From Octopus vulgaris (taxonomy: Eukaryota), in contig OX597825.1 in NCBI GenBank assembly GCA_951406725.2, positions 11,036,001 to 11,100,000 on the forward strand: 64,000 nt of DNA. The letters are read 5' to 3'. Within the stretch, counting starts at the first letter, position 1; the number at the start of each line of letters is the position of its first letter. Below, in pieces: positions 25,047 through 36,789 of the stretch. A model generated the notes under the pieces. That model did not search any database. It was not told the origin of the DNA and saw only the letters and a list, made by a program, of their open reading frames with translations. A program made the translations under genes and the position numbers.

Positions 25047-25487
25047 AACAACAAACAAGATGAGGACATATATCCGTCGAATGTAAATAATGTAAATAAT
25101 GTACTTGCATTTTTAGTTTTCACATATCACTCCCCCTATTCAAACTGAGTTAGACCACTTTACATTCAATACAATGTTTTCTGATCTTCATTGCTAACAA
25201 ACCTTTTGCACTGTAGACTTTGCTATCTAAATTTTTACATATCAAATTTTTCTATACATTCTGAAATGAGAAGTTGTTAAAATATTGAATTTCTCAATGT
25301 CATGCAGTCCTAAACATACAGTGAATTGGAGCAGCTTGCAAATTATATTTTGGATACTAAATTTCATATAGAAAATGCTTTCTATTTTGACACTGATTTT
25401 AGTATATTTAGATATAGTCTGTTCTACTCTAAGAGCTTCCTTCACACATAGATTTTTCATTGTCATTAGACAACAGAGAATTATAAA

Positions 25488-25870
25488 AATAATAATAATA
25501 ATGAAATTATTGTATACAGTGCTCAGGTGCACCACAACTTGTCAGAAAGTGCGTATAAAGAATATGCAGTAATGTACAAATGTCTGGAAAGCGAACAATG
25601 TATGAGTCAGATACATGCGTGTGTGTGTATGGAGGGGAGAAAATCAGGTGTAGTGTTGGCGAATCTCAGAAAGCATGGAAGTTTTGAAGGATGCAGTGCT
25701 CCAACAACTTACTGATGCTGGCGGTTTGTTCCATGCTTCAGCAACTCTCAACATGAAAAAATGTTTATGAAAGTCATAGGAGCTGTGCTGTTTTCTGACT
25801 TTGTAAACATGTCCACGGGTGTTAGATGGGTAGAATGAAAAAAGCAGAGTTGTTTGTTTAAGATCTTTGT
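25488..25870 (-). mobile_element. CR1-clade LINE 3' end, second copy
   Basis: Collinear with 10892-11200 (TACAGTGCTCAGGTGCAC, TTCCATGCTTCAGCAACTCT). Confidence 0.85.
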
Positions 25871-26226
25871 GATAAAGAAATTTTTAAAAATGCTTATGTG
25901 ACATCATCACTCTAAAGGATAAAAAGGTTTCTATTATTGAAGTGTTTGTGTGGCTTAGTTGTAAATACAGATTCAGATATATGTACATATTATAAGTTCA
26001 AGTATTTTAAAATTGAATACATTTTATCATTGTAGACTAATTTTTCCCAAGTTTACAGTAAGATACACCAAAACTAGGAAACAAAACAAAACAATGTACT
26101 GAATCTTTGATGTAGAGCCTCAAGCAAATTTTTGATTTGATTTCAACAGTAATATATAACAAACAGAAAGGCATGATCTGTTAGCTCTTTCCTTTATATT
26201 GGAAAATATATAAGTGCATATATTTC

Positions 26227-26645
26227 GGATCATTTCAGTTTGACCGGCAGTTTTTTCTAGCAGTGTCATATGAAATTGTCACCCATAATTATAACCCTAG
26301 TATCGATCTATTGCATTTCAATCTGTTTTAGGGTTAGTTAGGGTTAGAGGTGGGGGGAAGGGTAACTTTTTTTCTTCACAAATGTAAATATACCCAATCT
26401 GTTTCTTAAACGAGGGACATATTCATACGGCACAATGTTTTTTACCTCAATAGACGTCAGTGATTGGTTGAAATTGCAGAAATTGAAGAAAAACAACAAC
26501 AAATATCTTACAAACTATAGAATTTTCTCAATAAAGCCAAGAGAAAAAGATGTTTTATAAACACATTCTACCAGTGTACGAAGTTTAAAATTTTTTAGTT
26601 ACCTAGAAATTATGTTAAAAACTGCCGTTCAAACCGAAAAGATCC
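26227..26645. mobile_element. 419-bp MITE with GG..CC termini and 8-bp TSD (Merlin-like)
   Basis: TIRs GGATCATTTCAGTTTGACCGGCAGTTTT / AAAACTGCCGTTCAAACCGAAAAGATCC, with flanks TATATTTC / TGTATTTC. Confidence 0.8.
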
Positions 26646-27179
26646 TGTATTTCAAATCAATCCTAATTAAATTTTAGATGCACTTCTCAATCAGCATTTC
26701 AGTAATACCTTTCTGAGAGAAATTAGAATATTTTGTTTGTATTATCTTTTCAGGTTATGCTGAAAGTAACTTAACTGCACAACAAAGATCTCAGCCTGGG
26801 GGAAAAAGGTTACTACATGTTTTTCTTTCTAGATATGCATGCACTATTTAGTCACTTGAGCTTCAATATATACAGAGAGAAAAAAAAATCCAAACAGGTG
26901 GCACCTGTGTTAATAATACTTTCACATATTTAAAAAAAATGATAGCAATTTATCATTCAGCAAAAATCAAATCTATTAGGTGAGCTTACCTGTGGTCAGC
27001 AAATATTTGATGGTGGTTAAATGTTAGCTGCAGATCATTATTAAAAACTGACTTGTATCTCAGCAACTGCCTGAATAAGTAAGTTTTCTATCTGATACTT
27101 TGGACAAAATAATCAACAATTTCCTTTTTAATATCATTGTTTTGGTTGCATTCCAAATACTACTAGATTGGACTGCATT

Positions 27180-27180
<1 letters not shown>

Positions 27181-27267
<87 letters not shown>

Positions 27268-27370
27268 ATGCATGTGTGTGTGTATGTGTGTATGTATATG
27301 TGTGTATGTGTGTGTGTATGTATACGTGTGTATGTATATGTGTATATGTATGTGTGTATATGTACATAAA
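27181..27370. repeat. (TA)n + (TG/TATG)n microsatellite
   Basis: Direct inspection. Confidence 0.95.
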
Positions 27371-27554
27371 TGCATTGTATGTGTGTGTACATATGTGTTG
27401 TATATATTTTGTGCAAATTTATGTGTGTATTTGAGTAGGCATGTATATATATTCTTCAAAGCTGAGTTACTTCTCAGGCATTTAGTCTTATGGTATTTAA
27501 AGTTTTCATACACACACAGACACACACAGACACACAGACACACACAGACACACA

Positions 27555-27600
<46 letters not shown>

Positions 27601-27605
<5 letters not shown>

Positions 27606-28310
27606 GGTGTGATAAGTAAATTACAGCCATTTTTATATTTTTAATTTTGCACATGTGCATTGTTTGTTTTGATTTTGTCAACTACATAGCATTGTAGGGT
27701 CAGTTGGGCACTGTCAGTGAAAAACAGCACCATGCTGTAATTCACTCTGCCAGAAATTTGGAAATGACATGCTGTACTGCTTGGCATTTGCGCTGGAAGC
27801 TCCAATACAAGCATTTCAGAGTGCTAGGGTGTCAATCTGAGGACTTTTTGTGTCTCCAAAACATGTACTGAGAGGGATAAAAATCAAACGTCCAGTCAAC
27901 ATCATGATGTTTGGAGTGATCACTAGAGATGGTGACATTATGCCTCCATTCATCTTCCCACACAGCCTCAGACTCAACCTGGATTACTACATCATGTGTC
28001 TGGAGGAGGTAATGCTGCCCTGCGTCAAGAGGGTGGCTACTGGAAGACCCTATGTCTGGCAACAAGACTCTAGACCATGCCACACATGCAGGAGAACCCA
28101 GACAATTTCTGTGACCACATTACTCCTAACATCTGGCCACCTAACCCTCCAGACTGCAACCCCCTTGATTATTATGTGTGGGGTGTATTTGAGCAAGAGA
28201 CCCACAAAACTCTTTGAAATACCAAAGATGACTGAAGGGAAGGATTATGGCAGTATTCACCAACTTAAACAAGAAGACCATCCAGAAGAGTTGCGGGAGA
28301 TTCCAATCAT
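27601..28310 (+). mobile_element. Tc1/mariner (maT/DD37D-like) transposon remnant with frameshifted transposase
   Basis: IMMFGVITRDG..MPPFIF...YVWQQDSRPCH, then WPPNPPDCNPLDYYVWG in another frame (28134-28184). Confidence 0.85.
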
Positions 28311-30198
28311 GATTTTATTCTTTCTGATTTCCTCAGTCTGGGACATTTCACATCACTACTCTAGTATGTGCCTTTGTCCCAGCTCTTGATTCTGCTGCCT
28401 TCGTCTGCACCTTGTGCCAGGCTGTTGGTTCATCCAGTATTGTGGAAAGGAAGATGTTTAGTTCCTTTTTGAAGACATCTACTTCCACTTCTTAATTTTT
28501 GTGGCAGGGCATTGAAGAGCTGTGGGTCTCACAGCATCTTGCCCCTTGCTACAGTCTTTTGTCATCTAGTACGTAAAGCAATAATGCTTTATGGAGACTT
28601 CAATAACTACAGTAATATTACATTTTGTTTTATTTAAAAAAATAGCTGTTTTTAATGGTTTTTAGAAATGTGTAATATCAAGTATTTATACTATAATATT
28701 TATGACACCAAAGGTATATAATTTATGTTTTTCCATAAACTAAATTATTTTACTGAAGTAATTTTGACTAATTAGATACAGGATTATAACAGTATAAGGG
28801 CCTGTACTTGGAAAGGGATTCAAGTATGGAATATTTAAGTTTTAAGGGCATATGAATATATTTAATTCACATATGTGTTCTAAACAATTAATATTTGAAA
28901 AACCAATCTTAACAAAAGTGAAAGAAAAAGAGAGGAAGCATAAGAAAATTTTATATGTGTAATTTTTTTAATGTATGATTTTTTTTATTATGCTGAGCTT
29001 CAAGATATTATATTTTCTTTAAAATATCTCAAAATTGCAAGCATTCATGCAATGTATTCCCATGAGAGTGTTAGAGTTGTTGATTTAGCAGATTAACAAT
29101 TGAATTACTAAGTATGAACCAGAAGTCAAATACCTACACATTGAAGATAACACTACACAATTAGCATGCACTATAATAGAATAGGTTTGTTGTATTTGTT
29201 ACCATTTCCATTTAATCCTTGGGTTCTGGTTGTGGACCTCATGGGAGTGTGCAAGATAAACCCACCAGAACATAGTAGTGTCTATTCTACACTTTCAATT
29301 GTTGAGTTGGTATTCCAACTATGACCACCCTATCTTTCTTCCTGGCATATTGTTTTTAGAATTCTTCAATGTGTTTTTTTTATAAGATGGATATTTGTGA
29401 GAGATGTGACTGCTATTTTTAGCAAGTTAAGTAGCTGTGTAAAGGCTTTCTTTTCGGCAAGATGTGCATAGATATTCATTCACCTATCACACTGTTGTTT
29501 CAGATAATTTAGATTACATTTCTTCATGTACCTTCTTAATTTATCTCTTTCTGTTAAATCTATTTGTTTTCTAGTAACTTTGTGTTGAATTATTATTAGT
29601 ACTGACTGAAGAATGTCATATTTACATAAAATTGCTTGGAGTGGAATTGAACTCACAAACTTTTATTTCTTTTACACTATTCTTCTGATTTTATTGACTG
29701 TGATATTGTAGAAAATAATGAGGTTGTTTATAGATAACAACAATACATAATTATATATATAAAGGAAAATTTATATATAAAATTTCTTTTATTATTCACA
29801 TACCATCAGAATTATGTAGACCTTGTCCAGTTTAAATGGGTTCAATACTTAAAAATAATACAATAACGATACAACAGAATATCTTCTTATAAAGGTTGTG
29901 AATGTACAGATTTGAAAATGGACAGTAATTCAAGCATAAAAAAATATCAGGTTTCAAATCATAGCAGAAATGTTTGTGTAAAGTTAACCGAGTACTTGTG
30001 TGTTGTAGAACATGTGAAATGGTGTTCTTGAATTAAAGTTGTTTCTTTGAGTGTCATAGATATATAAATAAGTACTAGTGTTTCAACTTCAAAGATTTAG
30101 TGTCATTTTTATTACTTGCTACATAATGTTATTGACAAGGTTTAAAAAAAAAAGATCATATCGGTCAAAATTTCTTCTGATAACATATTACATATAAA

Positions 30199-30425
30199 TT
30201 AACCTTGTTACCATATTTGTGTTGAATTATACTACTTTTGCTTCAATTAATTTTGAAAATAATGAAGAATTTTGTAAAATAACTTTGTCATTATAAAGCT
30301 GGTGTTTGCAATATAAATCAACACACTCTCTTGATGAAAGGTTTTAATTTAGAGCACTTTAAAGCAGGAAATTTGTACTGTAAAGTAAAGGGTAATCTCA
30401 GGTAGGTTGATATCAAAAGGGTTAA
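30199..30425. mobile_element. piggyBac-like MITE, degenerate
   Basis: TTAACCTT... ...AAAAGGGTTAA ends. Confidence 0.4.
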
Positions 30426-30553
30426 TGTTTTTTTTTTTTTTGATGTAATGTTTTTAAACCTAGTGGTTATAGATATTGAAAAATAACTGATAATATTTCT
30501 ATTTTGTAATTTCACAGATTTGGTGCCAAAGTAGAAAAAAACAACCAAGCTTC

Positions 30554-30633
30554 ATGTCACAAGTACTAAAATCTGAGTTTGTTCCAAATAGGACATATAA
30601 TCGTAATACCATCACTGTGAACCCAGACTGCAG
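30554..30633 (+). CDS. Candidate first coding exon of an unidentified host gene (exon 30518-30633)
   Basis: Acceptor ttttgtaatttcacag at 30517, ATG at 30554 opening MSQVLKSEFVPNRTYNRNTITVNPDC, and strong donor CAG|gtaaga at 30633. The context is non-repetitive. Confidence 0.45.
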
Positions 30634-31293
30634 GTAAGACATACTTTAGATTTCATAAGAGTTGTTTGTTTTATCATCATCTATTAAAAACATGCTAAAT
30701 AATTACTAAGTGTTTTGCAAAATATCCTTTTTATTGTTTTATTAAAATCATTTATCAATGAGATCTATCAGACTGATTAATACTGAAGAGAACTGTACTT
30801 AGTTTCAACTCTCATTCAACAATCAGTAAATAGACAATATCAGACATTTGATGAAGTAATTAATTTTTACATACAAATTTGAAATTTTTTTTTTCATTAT
30901 TATCCAGTAAAAGAGAACAAATGAGATACTTTCCAAAGTCTGACAGTGTAATTTCTAGGGAACTACAATCCATTTATTATTATGCCTCACTTTCATGCCA
31001 CTTAACTTTTGGTTGTCATGTATTTGGTTAATCAATAAATATAGGTAAGATAATTAGACAGCAATGAGAAGTAGTGATAATGACATACATTGACCTTGAG
31101 ACACAAATCATCTTTTTAAATTAAGATAATTAAGTTAAGAGATCAGGTTGTCTTAATGTTAAATTGTGTTATAATGCTCCAGCATATTGACCTATAATGG
31201 GACAAACGTTGTGAAGGGATGGAAATATGAGGGTAATTGAGGAACCTGGCATGATATGTGTCAGTTTTTGATTAAAAATATATGAGAAAAAAG

Positions 31294-31347
31294 TTCACAT
31301 CCAAAATCACATCCAAAATCACATCCAAAATCACATCCAAAATCACA
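31294..31347. repeat. 12-bp tandem repeat (TCACATCCAAAA) x4
   Basis: Direct inspection. Confidence 0.9.
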
Positions 31348-31379
31348 AATCCCTTCAGAGAGATGGCTCTGCATGATAT

Positions 31380-31725
31380 GTAAGAAAAGTATTGTTAGAA
31401 ACCCCATACATTGTACACAGTGCAAGGTTTGGACATGTAAGAGGTGTAACAGTATCATAGGAATGATTAACAGAGAAAATAGTTTATGTGTGGCAAATGT
31501 GTGGAAACAATAAGCACTAAAACTGTGCTGACAATAGACTCCCTCAAATACTTGGGAAGATCATTAGAAGTAGCAGATAGCTCCCAAGTTAACACTGGAG
31601 GAGGAAGTTCTGAGAGTGTGGTTGCTAAAATGAGAATGGGCTGGGCAAAGTTCAGAGAGCTTCTACCTTTGTTGGTAACTAAGGGCTTCTTAGAGTGAAA
31701 GGCAGATTGTATGATGCTTGTTCAA
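31380..31725 (+). mobile_element. RTE-type LINE internal fragment
   Basis: CGKC...SLEVADS...GGGSSESVVAKMRMGWAKFRELLPLLVTKG is the post-RT region of RTE ORFs. Confidence 0.75.
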
Positions 31726-32485
31726 ACATTTCACATGACTTTATTTATTAAAACTTTCGTTGTTGAATGTTTTGTCTTCGAAATGCTGTCATTTATGCAG
31801 AAATTGCCAGCTTTCATATTCAATTTTCTGATCGGGTAAAAATTATCAAAATTTAAACCTCTGTAACATTTTTCTAATGTTTTTTTCTGGAACAAGTGAA
31901 TAACAGCATCAGATTCACTGTGAAAAATTACCAAATTTGAAAATTAATATACTAAATTTGATATACCAAATCAATATACAAAATTTGAAAATTCTCACTT
32001 AATTTTAAAATTTCAAAAAGTGAAGCCAATTTGAAAAGATCACAAACAGCAAGCAACTTGATAAGAGCAGAACTAATTAGAAATTGATATTTAGTTTGGT
32101 GGCTTGCAATACTTAGTTCAAACTTACATCGAATATCATATTTTATGATGCTTATGTAGCCAACATGGATGAGATTCACATGCAAACACATTGTTTTCTA
32201 ACATATATTTTAATATTATGTTTTTCACAATTATATGGATAATGTTGGACTAATTTTCATTATTGAGATACATGCCATCTGGTTGAAATCATGGCAACAT
32301 CTATGTATGATTCTGATAAAAGGAAAGTTGTTTAATTTACATTTACTAAATACTTTCCTGCAAAGGAATTTACAATTAGAGATAACAGTTTTTGTTTCTC
32401 TAGCCATGGTAATTATTTCTCTTTCATCTAAAAACTTTCTTTTGCTGTCTTCCATTTCTGTTTTCTTTTCTTTCATTTTTTTCAT

Positions 32486-32559
<74 letters not shown>

Positions 32560-35500
32560 CATATAAACTGAGAATTTGATGGTTGGGTAGTGTTGCCACT
32601 AAATTCTAAATTATTCAATCAATAATTATTGCTGACAATTTGAACTAAGATAGTTAGCGATCCATAAGCACCAGGCTATCATGATATCATGTTATTATAG
32701 AAGCAAATTATATTATACTGTCAAAAGACTAGATTACTAAAAATAAACAACTTAGTTGGCCAGCCACTCAGTCACATTGCCAACCAGCCAACAACTCAGC
32801 CAAGGCAGCCAGCCAACCAGCTGTTCCGTCAGCCTGTCAGCCAGTCAAGTAAATATTTGTTTGATTTGAACCTATACGTGTTATAACACCTTTATAGCAT
32901 TGTGCACGTTTGTTAAAAAAGTATAGTATTTACAAAAATACAAAACATTTCCATATGAATATACTTGGAAGTGCAAAATAGATTATAAAACTTTTGAATG
33001 ATTATATTCAAAAGTATGTGTCTGGTGGATAAATTATTGGTTCCTATTCAGACTGGCTCTTTATCGGTGCTGCAAATTTTGTTCCACCATGTTTCACTCT
33101 GATAGATAACTTAGTGCAGTGATTCTGCTGTGGACACAGAAAACTAATTAGAACCAAGCTGGTAGCAGGAGTCAAAAGGATTAGGAAAAAAAAAAAAAAA
33201 CCTTTGTTAAAGAACTGAAAGAACAAGTTTGAAAATTTCAGAAACTGTGTTTTAAAATAGATTTTTTTAAGTGGTAAGTACAAATATTTATTAGATGTAC
33301 ATTGAAGTTATATTTTTTTATTTTTTTGTAGAGCTATGCAAATTATTAATTTATATTTAGTTTTATGATAAATTAGTTTATTGGTAAATTTTTTTAGTAC
33401 CTATGTTCTATAAATGGATACATATAAATTTCAGAATAAAATGTTAAACATATCTTGATGAGAATATGTAGTGTAACTTTTCCTTCTAAGACTTCTCATA
33501 CCAAAATATTATAGCTGTCAAATTGTAGTCATATCATAGACTGTGTATGTATGTATGTATTGTGTTTTGATTTTAAATTTCTAAGATAAAGGTAGTAAAA
33601 TATATTTACATTAAGAAGTAACTAAAGCTATACTTCAAAATATACTCGGTAAATGTATTTTAGAAACAATATTCCAAAAGTGATGAGTGATTATCAGTAT
33701 AATAGACAAACAACTTTCTTTGTATGTTTACTATGTAATCAGCTTGGAAGTTACTTTGTACTTATGAACACGTTTTAGAATGAAGTTGAATATCTGGCAG
33801 ATGCGTCTAAAATGATAATTTTGTTGCTGTAAATAATTGTCTTTACTTCAGTTGTAAACTAATTAAATGATCATAAAGTATTAGTTCTAATTAGAACATT
33901 AAGTTTATTAATGATTTCAGATGAAGTTTGAACTACAAATCATCATCATCATCATGTTTAACTTTTCATATTAGTTTCTGTTATCATTGCTTTAATGATA
34001 ATTGATGAAAAATAATAAAATATGAAAATGCTTTTTTTTAAAAATGCTTTACATTTTAACATATTGAACTTTAGTTTTATTTTATTCTACAATATTTAAT
34101 TGTAGCCTCTTTCTTCAGAAATGTCACTTCTCCCCAACTGAGTTATACTTTGGTATTTGCTATAAATTTGATACCTCATTTTCTATCTCAATCTTAAATG
34201 TTAGACCCGTCTATATTTTCGTAGATTGGAAAGTTTTGTAAAATTCTTATGATACATGTATTACTTAACCTTCAAGATATAGTTAGATCATTTTTTTTTT
34301 CACCTGTCATTGAAACTTTGTATTAAAAACCAACTTTTCTATGTGAATGTAAATTAATCTTTCTTTTTTCTGCACAAGAATAAATAGGGTTTAATTATTT
34401 TTGTTGGATTTTATAGTCTTTTTTTTTTTAAAGTTTATTTGAATAAACATCTTTGTAAATTGTCATCATCATCATTTTAACATACTTTTTTTATGCTGGA
34501 ATAAGTTAGATGGGACTTTTTGAGGTTATCTTATAACTGGTTTTCTGTTTTGATGTCAACTTTTTAGTTTTTTCCTATGACATGCAGGGATACAACGAAC
34601 CAATTTTTAAAAAAACAAGATACACACAGAAAATTAATTCTTCAAATATATCACTATATTTCACTGAAAATACTTATACACATTCTCTAAGTGGATTTTT
34701 TAAATGTAAATATTGGATGTTATTCTTCCTGCTAGTTAACTATTCATCTGTGAAGCAGGAATAGCATATAATTCAGACAAACAGACAGATTAATGTAAAA
34801 GGCTTAGCTAATGGTTACAGACTTGTTTAGGCTCCTTGTTCATGTAAGATTGATAGTAAGCTAAAATCTCCTCTCCACTCTTTTACTGTACATCAGTAAA
34901 AGCTCTTAAATTGCAGGGAATATTTGATAGAAGTTAACAGACATGTGTTCAGCTTCATCTATTATTTGAAGATCTAAATATTGTATATTGTATAGAGTGT
35001 GTATTCTTTAAAATAATTTCAGAGAACTTTTACTCCTGATGACAAATCTTGCTGAATGAAGTTGTTTCACAATACCTGTGCTTAAAATTGTGTGATAATT
35101 CTTTCTACTGTTGGCACAAGGCCTGAAATTATATCAACTCCAGTGTTCAACTTGTATTTATTTTATCAACTCTGAGAGGATGAAAGGCAGAGGCACCCTC
35201 AACAGAATTTGAACTCAGAATGTAAAACTGGAAGAAATGCTGTTACACTTTTTGTATGGCATGCTAATGATCCTGCCAGCCTGCTGCTTTGTGTGATGCA
35301 TGATAATAAAAAGCAGACAGTAAAAAAAATATATGGATTTGCAAAGATTTTAGAAATGAAATTACATTGATTCCCTTAATGTATAATTGATTACTGGGAA
35401 ATATACTTATGGTTTCACAAGGAAACTATTTGATAGTGAAATGCAACAGTGTTAGAAACATTCAGCAAAAATGTAGACATGCAACTTGATATATGCTATA

Positions 35501-35799
35501 AAAGTTAGTGAGGAATTTGTTAAGATAGTTACAAAGAAACAACAAAAAAATTTAATTAGTGTCAATTAATCCCAGGATCTATTACTTAGGATGGTGTAAG
35601 GTCATTTAGTTTTTTTTATTTTTAATGATTTTCATTAGCTAAATGTACAAAGGAAAGTATACATGAAGTTACATTGAGAAATAGTTGATAAACTATTTAG
35701 TATTCAGTCTTAGATGTTTAAAGAAGTAAGCAAAAAAGTGCAAAATGTTTATAATTTTTAATGATTGAGAAATAAGGACCAACATACATGGCACCTTGC

Positions 35800-36130
35800 T
35801 GTACACAAGAAAACCCATCCTCCATAGCAGAAGTGTTAAGTTAAGGCCACACCCCTTGGCAAAGAGGATTGGACTGCAAGAGTCCTATGCTGGTGCCACA
35901 TAAAAAGCACTTGTGCTGGTTTCACATTAAAAGCAACCAGCGCACACTGTAAAGTGGTTGGCATTAGGAAGGGCATCCAGCTGTAGAAACCAAGCCAAAT
36001 CAGGCTGTATCCTGGTGCAGCTCCCCAGCTTGCCAGCTCTGGTCAAACCTATTTCTTTACTCAGCTGGTCAAACCGTCCAACCTATGCCAGTGTGGAAAA
36101 TGGACATTTAAGGACAATGATGATGAGGAT
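35800..36130 (+). mobile_element. Family C retroposon
   Basis: GGTTGGCATTAGGAAGGGCATCCAGCTGTAGAA and tail. Confidence 0.8.
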
Positions 36131-36789
36131 GAATGCATCTTGTGAATAACTGAAAAGTTGACTCAAATTTTGGATTTCAAATACAGGAGGCTTAATCTTG
36201 TTAATACCTTACTAATTGACAGTACTCTTCCATCAGAGATATACTTAAATTTGAACAAAAAGATCTAGCATAAAATCGAATAAATACAAATCTGAGATAA
36301 ATTATGAAAATAAAATGAAATGCTATTACTGAGTTACTATAAATTCAGAATTGTTAATGTCTCATATGCATAATTTTTCAGTAAAGAATGAAATTGCAAA
36401 ATCAGAAAGGTTTTTAACCAATTCTACAGACCCATATTATGCAATCTTTTTTTCCCTAAATTTCCATTCTTCTGTAACTTCTCTAATTTTGTGTTCTATC
36501 CAATCACTACCTTGTATATTAATTGCTTCAAATTTTACTCACTTATCCTTAGTCTGTAATATAGGAAATTCTAAGACAATAGAGTGCCAAAATTGGTATA
36601 CAGACAAAATGTCTTTCTGAGATGGGATTTAATTACATTCTTTTACATTCTAAGTTCAGATCTCACTGTGGTCAACTTTGTCTTCCATCTTCCAGGTTTG
36701 ATAGCATAAGTACTAATCATGTAATGAAGTTGGCTATATACCTCTTCCAAAAGAGTATGTTGAGTGCATGTGTATCTTCGATTATAATT

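Larger units (their letters stand above)
24648..25101. mobile_element. tRNA-head/hammerhead element, head-to-head palindromic dimer
   Basis: The minus arm (24648-24868) and plus arm (24869-25101) join at the palindrome CCATATGCCCATGGGCATATGG. The tRNA-like head is at 24870-24942 (TGGTGTAGTGG; GAGTTTGATTCC). Confidence 0.85.

Noticed and set aside
26754-26808. Possible exon (tttttcag|GTTATGCTGAAAG...GGAAAAAG|gttact)
   Set aside because: One frame is open, but the donor is weak and there is no homology I can recognise.
32755-32848. (CAGC/CAAC)-rich stretch
   Set aside because: Degenerate tetranucleotide low-complexity sequence.
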